DNA from: Octopus sinensis
Taxonomy: Eukaryota
Direction: 5' to 3'
Assembly (NCBI RefSeq): GCF_006345805.1
Contig: NC_043005.1
Coordinates: forward strand, 56,420,001 to 56,484,000
DNA: 64,000 bases
Part shown: positions 13,389 to 25,580 of the stretch, in pieces
Layout: the number at the start of each line of letters is the position of its first letter
How positions within the stretch are numbered: position 1 is the stretch's first letter
Translations under genes and position numbers: made by a program
The notes under the pieces: model-generated
What the model saw: the letters and a program-made list of their open reading frames with translations, nothing else
Databases searched by the model: none
What the model was told of the DNA's origin: nothing

Positions 13389-13920
13389 ACAACAAACAAG
13401 ATAAGGACAAAACGAGAGAAACAAATGGAAAACAAGACAAGTAACTTTCTTTTTCTTTTTCTTTCTCTTTTACCTGCGTTGTTTGCCTTTTAAGTGCTGT
13501 GGTTTTACTGAGATCTCTCTTTTAAGTAGAAAGAATAGCCATCACTCTTTGACTGCTATTTCTAAATTCGGTGGTGGGTGAGGCAATCGTTGCTAAACCC
13601 TTAATTACTTAGTATTACTTAAACCTTCCTCGAATGGGGCTTTTACATGCCGAAATCTACTTGGTGAAATTAATGATTACTCCAAATTAATTGATTTCAC
13701 CCTATATTATTATTGATAACCACATTTCATCCCAGTAAATAGCCGCAGCATCTTATTCTGGCAGCACGCTGGTGGGAGGAGGAGGATGGTGACACATACT
13801 ATCATTCACACTTTGAATTTGGTGGTACTGGTCACGGCTTACGCTCGCTCTGATACCATGAGTTGAGGTGATACCTTCTAGTGCCTCCAAATTTGAATAC
13901 ACAATTATTTATGATTGTAG

Positions 13921-14020
13921 AGTCCCTACGCTGAGGAGAAAAGTAGTCGGGTAAGACATAATTATTTAATTTTTATGCTTTCCCTATGACTTAATTTCGA
14001 AACGTCGTCCGTAGGTGACT
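13921..14020 (+). ncRNA. Type I hammerhead ribozyme motif, canonical core, on the sense strand of the transporter intron
   Basis: AGTC-CCTACG-CTGAGGA-[GAAA...TTTC]-GAAAC-GTC-GTC-CGTAGG-T-GACT; stem I 6 bp plus 4-bp extension; GUC triplet, predicted cut after 14009. Confidence 0.82.
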
Positions 14021-14216
14021 TAATATAGAATGATTGTCGTCATTTCTTTCTCTTTACCTGCCGCTTGTTTGCCTTTTAAGTGCTGTGGTTTTTACTGAGA
14101 TCTCTCTTTTAAGTAGAAAGAATAGCCATAACTCTTTGACTGCTATTTCTAAATTCGGTGTGTGGTGAGGCAAATCGTTGCTAATACTATAATATATATA
14201 TATATATATATATCTA

Positions 14217-14252
<36 letters not shown>

Positions 14253-14390
14253 ACAGTTCTATATTTAAGAGATAAGGAATTATGTACATTATTTACATTA
14301 TTTACAATTGATGGATACTTGTTCTCATCTTCTTTGTTGTTAATACAACGTTTCGGCTGATATACCTCACAGCCTTCATCCTTTCCCCCA

Positions 14391-14438
14391 ATACACCTGA
14401 TGAAGGCTGGAGGGTATATCAACCGAAATGTTGTGTTT
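14391..14438 (+). ncRNA. Minimal type I hammerhead motif, copy 2
   Basis: Same core as 13341-13388, offset 1050 nt. Confidence 0.6.
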
Positions 14439-14658
14439 AACAACAAACAAGATGAGGACAAAACGAGAGAAACAAATGGAAAACAAGACAAGTAACATTT
14501 CGATGATCGAAATGAAGAGTAGATGGACAGCCGACAACTGATGAAGGGTCTTTTATTTATGTTACTTGTCTTATTTTCCATTTGTTTCTCTCGTTGTTAG
14601 CATACCAAAGTTTGTCTTCGTATTTCATGTTGTTTACGTTTTGTAACGTCCTGTACCC

Positions 14659-14751
<93 letters not shown>

Positions 14752-14753
14752 TT

Positions 14754-14795
<42 letters not shown>

Positions 14796-14797
14796 TT

Positions 14798-14832
<35 letters not shown>

Positions 14833-14979
14833 ATAGGCAGTTATATACAATATAAAACCAAAAAGAAAAAATTCAATCGTCACTAAATGTGACTGAGTGT
14901 GCTGTGTAGCACCTATTTGCTAAAAATGTGAGTTAAATGCTTATGTATGTATGTATGTATGTATGTATGTATATATGTT

Positions 14980-15558
14980 CATGTCAGGTCACTTTCGAGT
15001 GCTACTGGTAACATGTAACCCAGTACAACCTGTTGCATGGTCGGGTCATCGGCGACTAAACCGGCAACCCCACCAAGCTTGCTTGGTGAGGAGGGTGTTT
15101 ATTGGACACCCTGCGGAATGAAAAACAAAACCCGTCAAAGGGCGGAGGAACTCTTGAGAGTCAACGGCCATCCAATAAATGTCTTAAGGCTGTATCATGC
15201 GCAGGGGACATAGATAATCAGACTGAATACCCGATGCGCGCCCTGGATTACGCCCGTTAACCTAATCCAGTGAAAAGTAACATACTCTTCTACAGCCTTT
15301 GTTAGGGCATCCTTCTAAAAAAAGGTAACTCAAGTAACTGGGATAACTCCGACTTAAAACCTGCGGCTCAGTAGTTACCGATGATGTTGACTTGTACTTC
15401 TTTTCGGATTATGGCTGCTGTTGCTTAGTGAGTGGGATTGACTCAGTGCACAGCCTTTCCTCACTTAAAAAAAAATCTTCTTGCACAAGCATTGCACGAT
15501 AACAACATTGATTAAGCTTCGTGCAATGGCCATACTCGATAACGAGGAGGCAGCAACC
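14980..15558. mobile_element. Unclassified interspersed element embedded in (TATG)n; possibly a non-autonomous LINE derivative
   Basis: More GC-rich 580-bp block flanked by (TATG)n at about 14942-14972 and 15559-15620; no ORF. Confidence 0.5.
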
Positions 15559-15795
15559 ATGTATGTATGTATGTATGTATGTATGTATGTATGTATGTAT
15601 GTATGTATGTATGTATGTATTTACTGAGAGAGAGAAGGGAGGAGAGAGAGTGAGTGAATAAGACAGAGAGAGGAGAGAGAGAGAGAGAGAGAGAAGAGAA
15701 AGAGGGAGAAGGGTAGAGAGAGAGAGATGTAATTATTTGAAAAAGTGTTGATAATTAAATCAAACAATTTCTGTATGTTCTGTTTTCTTCCATAG

Positions 15796-15932
15796 GTATG
15801 ATCGCCGACATGTATTCTTACAACATGTCCTTTTTCATCTCTGGTATCGCCGTAATTTTTATTTCGACCTGTTTCAGCATAGTCGTGTTTTGCAGCCGTA
15901 AAACGAAGACAATTTATAACTTTTGTTATTAG
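15796..15932 (+). CDS. SLC16/MCT-like transporter, terminal coding exon (TM12, stop)
   Basis: ccatag|GT ATG ATC GCC GAC, phase 1; GMIADMYSYNMSFFISGIAVIFISTCFSIVVFCSRKTKTIYNFCY* matches the MCT GxLxDxxxxYxxxF pattern; AATAAA at 15945-15950. Confidence 0.9.
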
Positions 15933-16526
15933 TGATTTTTCAGTAATAAAATGTATTTCTTTAACATAATTTATCTGAATGTCTTGCTTGTTTATTTTTG
16001 CTTCAATTCTCCTCTTAACTAGATCGAGCATATATGCTACGCAATAAGCAGAAAAAGGAAGACAATATAGGAGGGATAAGTTTTAACAACTGTTGTGTAG
16101 TTTTAACGCTCAAAGGGAGAGGAAAGCCCTTCGATATTTTGGACGTTAGTCCTTCATCAAAATATAAAAAAATTAGAGAGTGAGAAAAGATCGTAATAAA
16201 ATTAAAAGCAAGAGTGAGAGAGAGAAAGAGAGAAACAGAATAAAGATTAATAAAGGTATATTAAATTTAAATAAAGATTAATAAAGGTAAATTAAATTAA
16301 TTTTTTTTTATTGAAGTTATCTTCTCTTCAAGAGATAATTTTGAGTATCAGAATTCCTCCGAAGGTTATATGACATTAAGGAAAAGATATGATCATCTGG
16401 GAACAGGAGAAGAGCTATTGAACACGTGTTTCTGCCTCAGTAAACATCACCAGAACAGCCATTGCCCCTCCTGGGCTCCAGCGTCTACGTGGTTTGGATA
16501 TATGCAAGAAGGATAGAAGACATTTG

Positions 16527-17205
16527 TATAGAAATGGTATTGGTTTATATCATAAATCTACTGCAGATACTTAATTGATATTACAGCAGTATATTTAACT
16601 TAACCTTACCACTGTTCGCCTTACTACCCCAGGACTTATTCTTTGTAAGCATTGTACTTATTCTATCGGTCTCTTTCTGCCGAACCGCTAAGTTACGGGG
16701 ACGTAAACACACCAGTTGGGGGGGGACAAACACAGACACACAAACATATACACACACACATACGTATATATATATATATATATATGAAAGAAGCCCATCG
16801 TATATATGCATGTGAGTATATAAAAAAAAAAAAAAAAAAAAAAATTCCTGAGCGCCATACTAATACAATTGTTCGTTTGTTTTCCACCTGCCTTCGTCTT
16901 TTGTTTATTTTCATAAAGCTTCCCGTTATATATATATATATATATACACATATATATATATATATACGTATGTGTGTGTATATGTTTGTGTGTCTGTGTT
17001 TGCCCCCCTCCCCAACTGGTGTGTTTACGTCCCCGTAACTTAGCGGTTCGACAGAAAGAGACCGATAGAATAAGTACAATGCTTACAAAGAATCAGTCCT
17101 GGAGTAGTAAGGCGAACAGTGGTAAGGTTAAGTTAAATATACTGCTGTAATATCAATTAAATATCTGCAATAGATTTATGATATAAACCAATACCATTTC
17201 TATAT
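16527..17205. repeat. Long inverted repeat, arms about 260 bp (16527-16785 / 16930-17205)
   Basis: TATAGAAATGGTATTGG...CATACGTATA mirrored as TATACGTATG...CCAATACCATTTCTATA. Confidence 0.92.
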
Positions 17206-17407
17206 ATACATACATATATACATACATATATATACGGCGGGCTTCTTTCAGTTTCCGTCTACCAAATCCACTTACAAGGCTTTGGTCGACACGAGTAGAA
17301 GACACTATAGTAGAAGACACTTGCCCAAGGTGCTACGCAGTGGGACTGAACCCGGAACTATGTGGTTGGTAAACAAGCTACTTACCACACAGCCACTCCT
17401 ACGCCTG
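16630..17407 (-). mobile_element. SINE family A, split at its internal microsatellite by the inverted duplication
   Basis: Head at 17407-17235, tail half at 16785-16630. Confidence 0.8.
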
Positions 17408-18128
17408 CATAAATTTCTGGAGTTTTAAACAAAACAAATGGTAACTGATAACAGCTGACCCAGGATCAGATAGAATCAAGATAAAGCAGATTTTGTCAGT
17501 TTCACAGTGTTTGTTAGTAGTTCAATAAACATTTTATATAAGTGTATAAATATCCTCCCGCGTGCGTGACTACGTACCTATGTATATGCCTATGTAGATA
17601 TGTATCTGCAAGCGCATAAAAAAAAAGGCCGCACGCACGCACGCGCGCGCACACACACACACACAGGAAGAGAGGTAGGATGAGTGAATAAAGAGTAAGA
17701 AAAGTATACAGTACGAGACAAAGCGTGATTAATAGAAATTATTTTCGTTTCGTTCGAGAGAAGGTAAGCAAACGGACATCTAGTGGCGATAACTAGAGAT
17801 TGTATATCTAAATTGGAGATAATATGAAGGAATTACTTTCCTATTCATCTTTAGCTCATATACGAGCGAAAGAACAGTTGTACTATATACTTAAAATTCT
17901 CATTTTATATATATATATATATGTGTGTTGTGTGTGTGTGTTTGTGTGTGTATGCATGTATATATATGTATATATATGCACGCATTTATATATATATGCA
18001 TATATATATACATGATTATATATGATATTTATTTTATTGAACACCACGCATCCATTTCCAAGTATATATATATATATATATATATATATTCCTCTGTCTT
18101 CCCTTCTCGGGATCTTTCCTTCTCCTAT

Positions 18129-18163
18129 GTTTCCGACGAAGAGCTCCGCTCGAAACGTTAAAC
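18129..18163 (+). ncRNA. Variant minimal hammerhead motif in a short (TA)n-flanked element (about 18088-18262)
   Basis: GTTT-CCGACGA-AGAGC-TCC-GCTC-GAAAC-GT-T-AAAC; U4 changed to C. Confidence 0.5.
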
Positions 18164-18295
18164 CCTCCTTCCCTGAGCGTCCAATAATACTTTATTTGTT
18201 CCACGTCCTCGGGTTGCTGTGTTTTTTTGTTTTTTTTTTTGTGTTTTTTGTTGGATTAACTTTATACATATATATATATATATATACATATATAC

Positions 18296-18332
<37 letters not shown>

Positions 18333-18351
18333 CATATATATAATATATATT

Positions 18352-18425
<74 letters not shown>

Positions 18426-18426
18426 C

Positions 18427-18497
<71 letters not shown>

Positions 18498-18811
18498 CAT
18501 ATATATGAAGTGAGAGGGAGGAAGAGAAAGAGAGATACGTGTGGGGATGGAATTGAATTAGAAACTTTCATTTCTTACGCAAAAAGTGTTTGCTTTCCTT
18601 CCTATGATGTACCCATTTTAGACACCCATTTAAACGGTCTTGCATTATCTTCATTCTATAAACTGTAGTTGTTGTTGCACTGCGAATAATGCTATTACTG
18701 CCGGTCGTGCTGCCGGTTTTGCTGTTCTTGCTATTGTTGCCGTTACTACTGTTACCGACAGATACATTGTTTTGTTGATGTTTGTTTGTTTGTTTGTTTG
18801 TTTGTTTGTTG

Positions 18812-19173
18812 AGTGAAGCGGTCTTCGTCCCAGAGTGGGAGAAGTCCGAAACGTGGTCCTTTGCTATTCGTAAGACCAGCAGCAGAGAAAAGCAGGTCAA
18901 CCGCCGACACCGAGAGCATCGACGGATGGATGAATGTGCATCCAGGCTCAGCGGTTGCGTAGGAAGTCGGGGATAAGAAACAGGAAGAAAGAGTGGGAGA
19001 AAGTTGGAGCGAAAGAGTACAACAGGGGTCGCCACCACCCCCTGCCGGGGCCTCGTGGAGCTTTTAGGTGTTTTCGCTCAATAAATACTCACAATGCCCC
19101 GGTCTGGGAATCGAAACCGCGTTCTTACAACCGCGAGTCCGCTGCCCTAACCACTGGGTCATTGCGCCTCCAC
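18812..19173 (-). mobile_element. tRNA-derived SINE, family B, with (CAAA)n tail
   Basis: - strand head GGAGGCGCAATGACCCAGTGG (A box) ... GGTTTCGATTCC (B box). Confidence 0.85.
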
Positions 19174-19384
19174 ATTGTTGTTGCTGCTGTCACTGCCGTT
19201 GTTGCCGTTACTGTCTAATTGAATCCTAAACATAAAAGACCGCAACCAAGTATTCCTCTAATTTTACGTTTTCAATACAAATTTATATTTAACACGCACG
19301 CATAAGTTTGAATGAACATTAACGCTTTACACAAACATATATTTAGTTTTTTTTTTATTACAATAATTTTTTTTGCCGTTTTAG

Positions 19385-19491
19385 TCATGATTTTTTACTT
19401 ATAGGAGGTAGAAAACTTTGAGCAGGTTCAATATCTGTTCTTGTCTCAGCCTCATTGGAATGGTTTTCTGTGAGTTTAATGAGACTTTTAC
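19385..19491 (-). CDS. DYRK4: DYRK4-like kinase, terminal exon
   Basis: ctttcag|GT AAA, phase 1; [34 protein letters not shown]; LPPI resembles the DYRK4 C-terminus; AATAAA 26 nt past the stop. Confidence 0.7.
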
Positions 19492-19549
19492 CTGAAAGAA
19501 AGTAAAAGAAAAGAGTATGAGTCTCTGTATAATGTATGTACATCTATAC

Positions 19550-19645
<96 letters not shown>

Positions 19646-19658
19646 ATGTCTATGTATA

Positions 19659-19725
<67 letters not shown>

Positions 19726-19789
19726 TGTGTGTGTGTGTGTGTGTGTGTGTGTATTACAGAGAGAGAGAGAGAGAGAGAGATTTGTGCTT

Positions 19790-20035
19790 AGTGGGTAGGG
19801 ACTTGCACTCATGACCGTTTCGATCAATGGACTTGATGATGCGTTGTGTTCTTGAGCAAAGCATTTCATTTCACGTGGCTTCAGCCCACTCAGATGGCAA
19901 AAGTGAGTAACGCTGCAACGAACCAGCGTCCTGTCCAGAGATGGAGGGGGGGGGGAAATATATACGCCTCAGAATCCGAGAAACCAGCTTCATGAACCTA
20001 TGTCTTGGGGAAAATCTTTGGCCCTTTTTGACGCG
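19790..20035 (+). mobile_element. SINE family C, decayed
   Basis: GCTTAGTGG head, GTGTTCTTGAGCAA core, related to 41372-41700. Confidence 0.65.
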
Positions 20036-21289
20036 CGCACAGACACATACGCATCTATAATTAATGCTAAAGCAGTATAAAATATATATCCACTGCATCT
20101 GAGATCTCGATTCATAACATGTCGTTAAACTCCAATACGATATTCTTTCAATGGTATACCCGTAATAGGAATGAATCTGCTTAAAGATAAATTGGCTAAA
20201 ACGAATTTTCAGAGGGAACAATTTAGTAGAATAAAAAAAAAAACTTAGAAGTCTCAAAATTTCAGTCCTTTGTACTGCATGTTTTTACACAGTTAAAATA
20301 CAAACATAAACACTCATATAATCATTATAAAAGTATTATATAATTAATTTGACAGATATATGTAAAAAAAAAACCCGGACCAAGCGATTTTTTTAAGATC
20401 CTTGCCCTCTCGGTCAACCAAAGTTTGCATTGTTTTCTCCCGTTAAGGTATGGTCCAGGTTGTTCCAGAAGATTTCATTTAATTCTATATGACGTATTCC
20501 CTTCTTTTAAACACCCTATGTAGTTGGCCAAAGAGGTAACGTTGCACCTGTCTGGGATCCTAACAGAAGACCTGCGTTTGATTATACGTTGCTTAAAGGG
20601 GCCCTGTTTTGCTCCATGTCTGTGTTCTTACGCTATTGGTGAGGCAGCAGTTGTTGTTACCGACGCTATCACTACCGTTGCTGCCGCTATTGCTGAACAC
20701 ATTGCTGGTGCAGCCACTGTTTTTGCTGTTGCTATCGCTGCCGTTGCTGTTGCTAATGTCCGACGCGAAGCTGGTGCTGTAGTTGTTGTTGCAGTTACTG
20801 CTACCGCTGCCAATACTGCTGTTACTGCCGGTCGTGCTGCCGGTTTTGCTGTTGTTGCTGTTGCTATTGTTGCCGCTGTTTCTGTTACCGACGGATACAT
20901 TATTGATGCTGCTGTTGTTGGCGTTACTGTCGGACACTGCCTCGGCCTCGTAGACCGTGGACTCTGAGTTGCATCGACCTCCTACAGAGCACTCACCGTT
21001 AACCCTGCTTCTGTACTGGATTTAAGGCTGTTCATTTTCATTAAAATCATTTTAACAGTGGGCGCACAGCCGAGGGAGACCTTTAAGTTTTGTCTATTAA
21101 ATAATCGTCCGGACGATGCGTTGGGAAAAAAAAAAACGTAAACTGCTTGTCCACTAATCTGAGGAATATCATTCCCACCTAAGTCTTGACTTTGAGAAAA
21201 AGATGGGACAAATCAAATGACTTTACTTTGAGGCTTTCTTTTGTAAATGTTAGGTCTCAGTATAAAGGAGGTGCGGTCCTTAAATACGC

Positions 21290-21775
<486 letters not shown>

Positions 21776-22206
21776 ATCTGTTAGCTATCACCTTTTCTAT
21801 TCCTACCTTTAATTCGCACCAAACTAGAATTACTAGTCCATTCTGGGTATCTGCATAAAACCGGAGTAAGCATTTGATTACATAAACGGTGACACTGAAA
21901 CACATAGAGCCATTGACAAATATATATGTACAATGACAGCCTCTACATGTACACATATACATTATAAGAGTTTGTCCAGGGACTTTTAAAAGTATATTTT
22001 ACTGACACATGTCATTTTTTAGCAGTGTTGTGTTTCTATTTTACCATCAGTCCTTTTAAATAGGCCGATGTGTTAATCGAAAATCAATCATATGCGTTCA
22101 TAGGATGTAAAATCGAACTTTATTTTACGCAAACAAAGTCATATATAATTAAGGATAACTCGAAAGTAAAGGAGGCCTTGGAGTGAACAAGGCTGATTTC
22201 GCTTAC

Positions 22207-22284
22207 CCTTTTGCATAACGAAACCAGTAGTTATTCCTTTTGGTGGTATATTTCTTCTTCTTTCTTTCTCATGTTTGATTTTTG
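22207..22284 (-). CDS. DYRK4: DYRK4-like kinase, small C-terminal exon
   Basis: atttcag|CA ... AAGG|gtaagc, 78 nt, phase 1-1, open: TKIKHEKERRRNIPPKGITTGFVMQK; supported by splice signals and phase only. Confidence 0.65.
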
Positions 22285-22449
22285 CTGAAATTGAAATTGT
22301 TGCGTGCGCTTTACGGAAGAAGGAGCTAAAATATTCTAACCTTTTAACAATTACTTTCGGTACTTAATTCTTTGACATAAATTTACTATAAATTAACCCA
22401 CAAAAAAATATATATAAACCACTTAAAAAGTATTTAAAGTTTTCCGAAG

Positions 22450-23445
22450 ACAGTGAACCTAGACACAAGAATATAAAAGCACGACAGAGACACAGGGTCA
22501 AGAGGAATAGGGAGATAAAGAGACGGGTCAGCTGAGACACAATTCGATTAGGATTCAGTGTCAGAGAGACATCATGTGATACAGACACAGGGTAACAAAG
22601 ACACCAGGAGGAACTGACAAGCGGTTACAGAGCTACATAGTGGCAGCGACACATTGCAATACAGGCAAAGACTGACAGACACAAGATGACAGAGACACAT
22701 GGTGGTACAGACATAGAGAAACAAAGACACAGTGTGATACAGGTATTGGACAATTGAAAAAGAGTGTGACAAAGATACAAGTTGGTGCAGACACATGGTG
22801 ATAGATACACAGGACTACAGAGACACAAGGAAGACAAAGACACAATGTGATACAAATATAGATTGAGAGCGACACGGTGTGATAGATATGCTGTGTGACA
22901 AAGACACAGAGTGCACGGGTACACAGGTGACGGAGGAATTGACTGACAGAGACAGAGTGAGATAAAGACAGTGTAACAGGGACGCATGACGACAGAGTTA
23001 CGAGGAGACAAAGATACAGGGTGACAGAGTTACACGTCGACTGAAATGCAGTGTAACGGAAATGCAAAGTGATATAAACACAGGGAGGTGAATACACATA
23101 GTCACAGAGGCACAGGGGCGTGGGGGAGGGCAAAGTACGAAGAAATACTGACAGAGATAATATGAATGTGGAGCCATCAAGACACGGTTCGATAGAGAAA
23201 CGGAGCGAGAGAGATACTGAGGGATACAGACAAAAGGTACAGTGAGACATAATGATGAGAAAGATACAAGGGTGACAGTGATACTGAGTGATAGTGACAC
23301 AGGATGACAGAAATGCAGGTTGAGACACATGATACCAGATACAGAGCAAAAGGGAAAACGCTGAAAAATACATGATGACAAAGGGTGGTAGAAAAGAATA
23401 GAAGGACACACAAGGCGATAAAAACACTTGAAGACAGAAACATTA
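22450..23445. repeat. Degenerate GACAGA/GACACA-rich minisatellite-like tract (resumes at 24790-24930)
   Basis: Recurring GACAGAGACACA, GTGATACA and GATACAG words with a strong purine bias. Confidence 0.75.
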
Positions 23446-23453
23446 AATGAGAG

Positions 23454-24781
23454 GGATCTTTTCCTTTTGAACGGCACATGTCAACACAATTTCTAGTTAA
23501 CTAAGCACTTTAAAACTTCGTATACTGGTAGAATGTGTCAAAATAAAACATTTTTTCTCTTGGCTTTCTTGATAAAATTGTAATTCGTTTGTTTAACGTA
23601 GTTTAATTTTTCGAATTTTAACCAATGAATCGCCTCTAATTGAGCAAAAATCATTTGCTGCGTCTAAAACTGAGACAACATACTGTCACTAATCATAAAC
23701 CTCACCCTAACCCTAACCCTAAATTTTTATTTCCTTAATTGTTAAATTAATTTAATTGTTACGCGTGTAAAAAAAAAACGGAAGGCTAAAACGAATGCAA
23801 TGGAAAATAATTTAAACAATTAACAAACAAAATAATTCTATAATTTTATACACACGCTTTCCGTACGTATACAGAAAGCGTGTGTTACGGAAAGCGTGTG
23901 TATAAAATTATAGAATTAATTTATTTGTTACGCGTGTAAAAAAAACCGAAGGCTAAAACGAAAGCAATGGAAAATAATTTAAACAATTAACAAAATAATT
24001 CCATAATTTTATACACACGCTTTCCGTACGTATACAGAAAGCGTGTGTTACGGAAAGCGTGTGTATAAAATTATAGAATTAATTTATTTGCTACGCGTGT
24101 AAAAAAAACGGAAGGCTAAAACGAAAGCAATGGAAAATAATTTAAACAATTAACAAAATAATTCTATAATTTTATACACACGCTTTCCGTACGTATACAG
24201 AAAGCGTGTGTTACGGAAAGCGTGTGTATAAAATTATAGAATTAATTTATTTGTTACGCGTGTAAAAAAAACGGAAGGCTAAAACGAAAGCAATGGAAAA
24301 TAATTTAAACAATTAACAAAATAATTCTATAATTTTATACACACGCTTTCCGTACGTATACAGAAAGCGTGTGTTACGGAAAGCGTGTGTATAAAATTAT
24401 AGAATTATTTTGTTAATTGTTTAAATTATTTTCCATTGCTTTCGTTTTAGCCTTCCGTTTTTTTTACACGTGTAACAATTAAATTAATTTAACAATTAAA
24501 AAAATAAAAATTTAGGGTTAGGGTTAGGGTGAGGTTTATGGTTAGTGACAGGATGTTGTCTCAGTTTTAGACGCAGCAAATGATTTTAGCTCAATTAGAG
24601 GCGATTCATTGGTTAAAATTCGAAAAATTAAACTACGTTAAACAAACGAATTACAATTTTATCAAGAAAGCCAAGAGAAGAAAAATGTTTTATTTTGATA
24701 CATTCTACCAGTATACGAAGTTTTAAAGTGCTTAGTTAACTAGAAATTGTGTTGACATGTGCCGTTCAAAAGGAAAAGATC
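23454..24781. mobile_element. Mutator/foldback-like non-autonomous DNA transposon
   Basis: TIRs of about 400 bp starting GGATCTTTTCCTTTTGAACGGC; 9-bp TSD AAATGAGAG at 23445-23453 and 24782-24790; (CCCTAA)/(TTAGGG) repeats in the arms; four internal 163-169-bp units. Confidence 0.88.
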
Positions 24782-24950
24782 AAATGAGAGAAACGAAACC
24801 TGAAAGCAATGATACTAGTCGCAGAGACATATGATGGCAGACACAGGGCCACAGTTGTACAAGGAGATTATGATACACGATGACGAGTCACAAGGTGATA
24901 GAAACACATAATAAGAGACATATATGAAGACTCACGGCATCAAAACTTAC

Positions 24951-25051
24951 TGTTCGTTCTATTATTTCGTACTTTGTTTACATTTACTGAATCTCGAATC
25001 CATTCGTGCCGCATTGCCTCATCCGGTGTCATTCTCTCTTCAGGATCCCAA
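24951..25051 (-). CDS. DYRK4: DYRK4-like kinase exon (subdomain XI)
   Basis: tttatag|T TGG GAT CCT ... AAC A|gtaagt, 101 nt, phase 2-1; WDPEERMTPDEAMRHEWI. Confidence 0.93.
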
Positions 25052-25183
25052 CTATAAAGTTCAATGACACAAGAAATTTTCTATTAGTACGAACACAAGA
25101 TGTAATCTTAGATGCTTAAAATTATTCTTTACGCTAATAAAATAATCCTGTAGGGTCGAAACATTTAAACATCTTTTTCTATA

Positions 25184-25580
25184 GTAGGAGTGGCTGTGTG
25201 GTAAGTAGCTTGCTTACGAACCACATGGTTCAAGGTTCAGTCCCACTGCATGGCACCTTGGGCAAGTGTCTTCTACTATAGTCTCGGACCGACCAAAGCC
25301 TTGTGAATGGATTTGGTAGATGGAAACTGAAAGAAGTCCGTCGTATATACGTGTGTGTATATGTTTGTGTGTCTGTATTTGTCCCCCCAACATCGCTTGA
25401 CAACCGATACTAGTGTGTTTACATCCCCGTAACTTAGTTGTTCGGCAAAAGAGACCGATAGAATAAGTACTAGGCTTACAAAGAATAAGTCCTGGGGTCG
25501 ATTTGCTCGATCGACTAAAGGCGGTGCTCCAGCATGGCCACAGTCAAATGATTGAAACAAGTAAAAGAGTAAAAGAGTAT
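25184..25580 (+). mobile_element. SINE family A, full length
   Basis: Family head, core and tail. Confidence 0.9.

Noticed and set aside
20524-20967. Ala/Val-rich ORF and a + strand WDPNRRPAF kinase-like peptide near 20553
   Set aside because: Degenerate trinucleotide repeat; no other + strand kinase exons, so treated as chance
22633-23479. 264-aa Cys/Leu/Ser-rich ORF
   Set aside because: Reading of a degenerate minisatellite; no domain features
23700-23722. Telomeric repeats as a chromosome end or fusion scar
   Set aside because: Only about three units, symmetrically placed within transposon TIRs
23756-24410. Regularly spaced palindromic repeats resembling a CRISPR array
   Set aside because: Whole units are near-identical with no unique spacers, no cas genes, and they lie inside a eukaryotic TIR element
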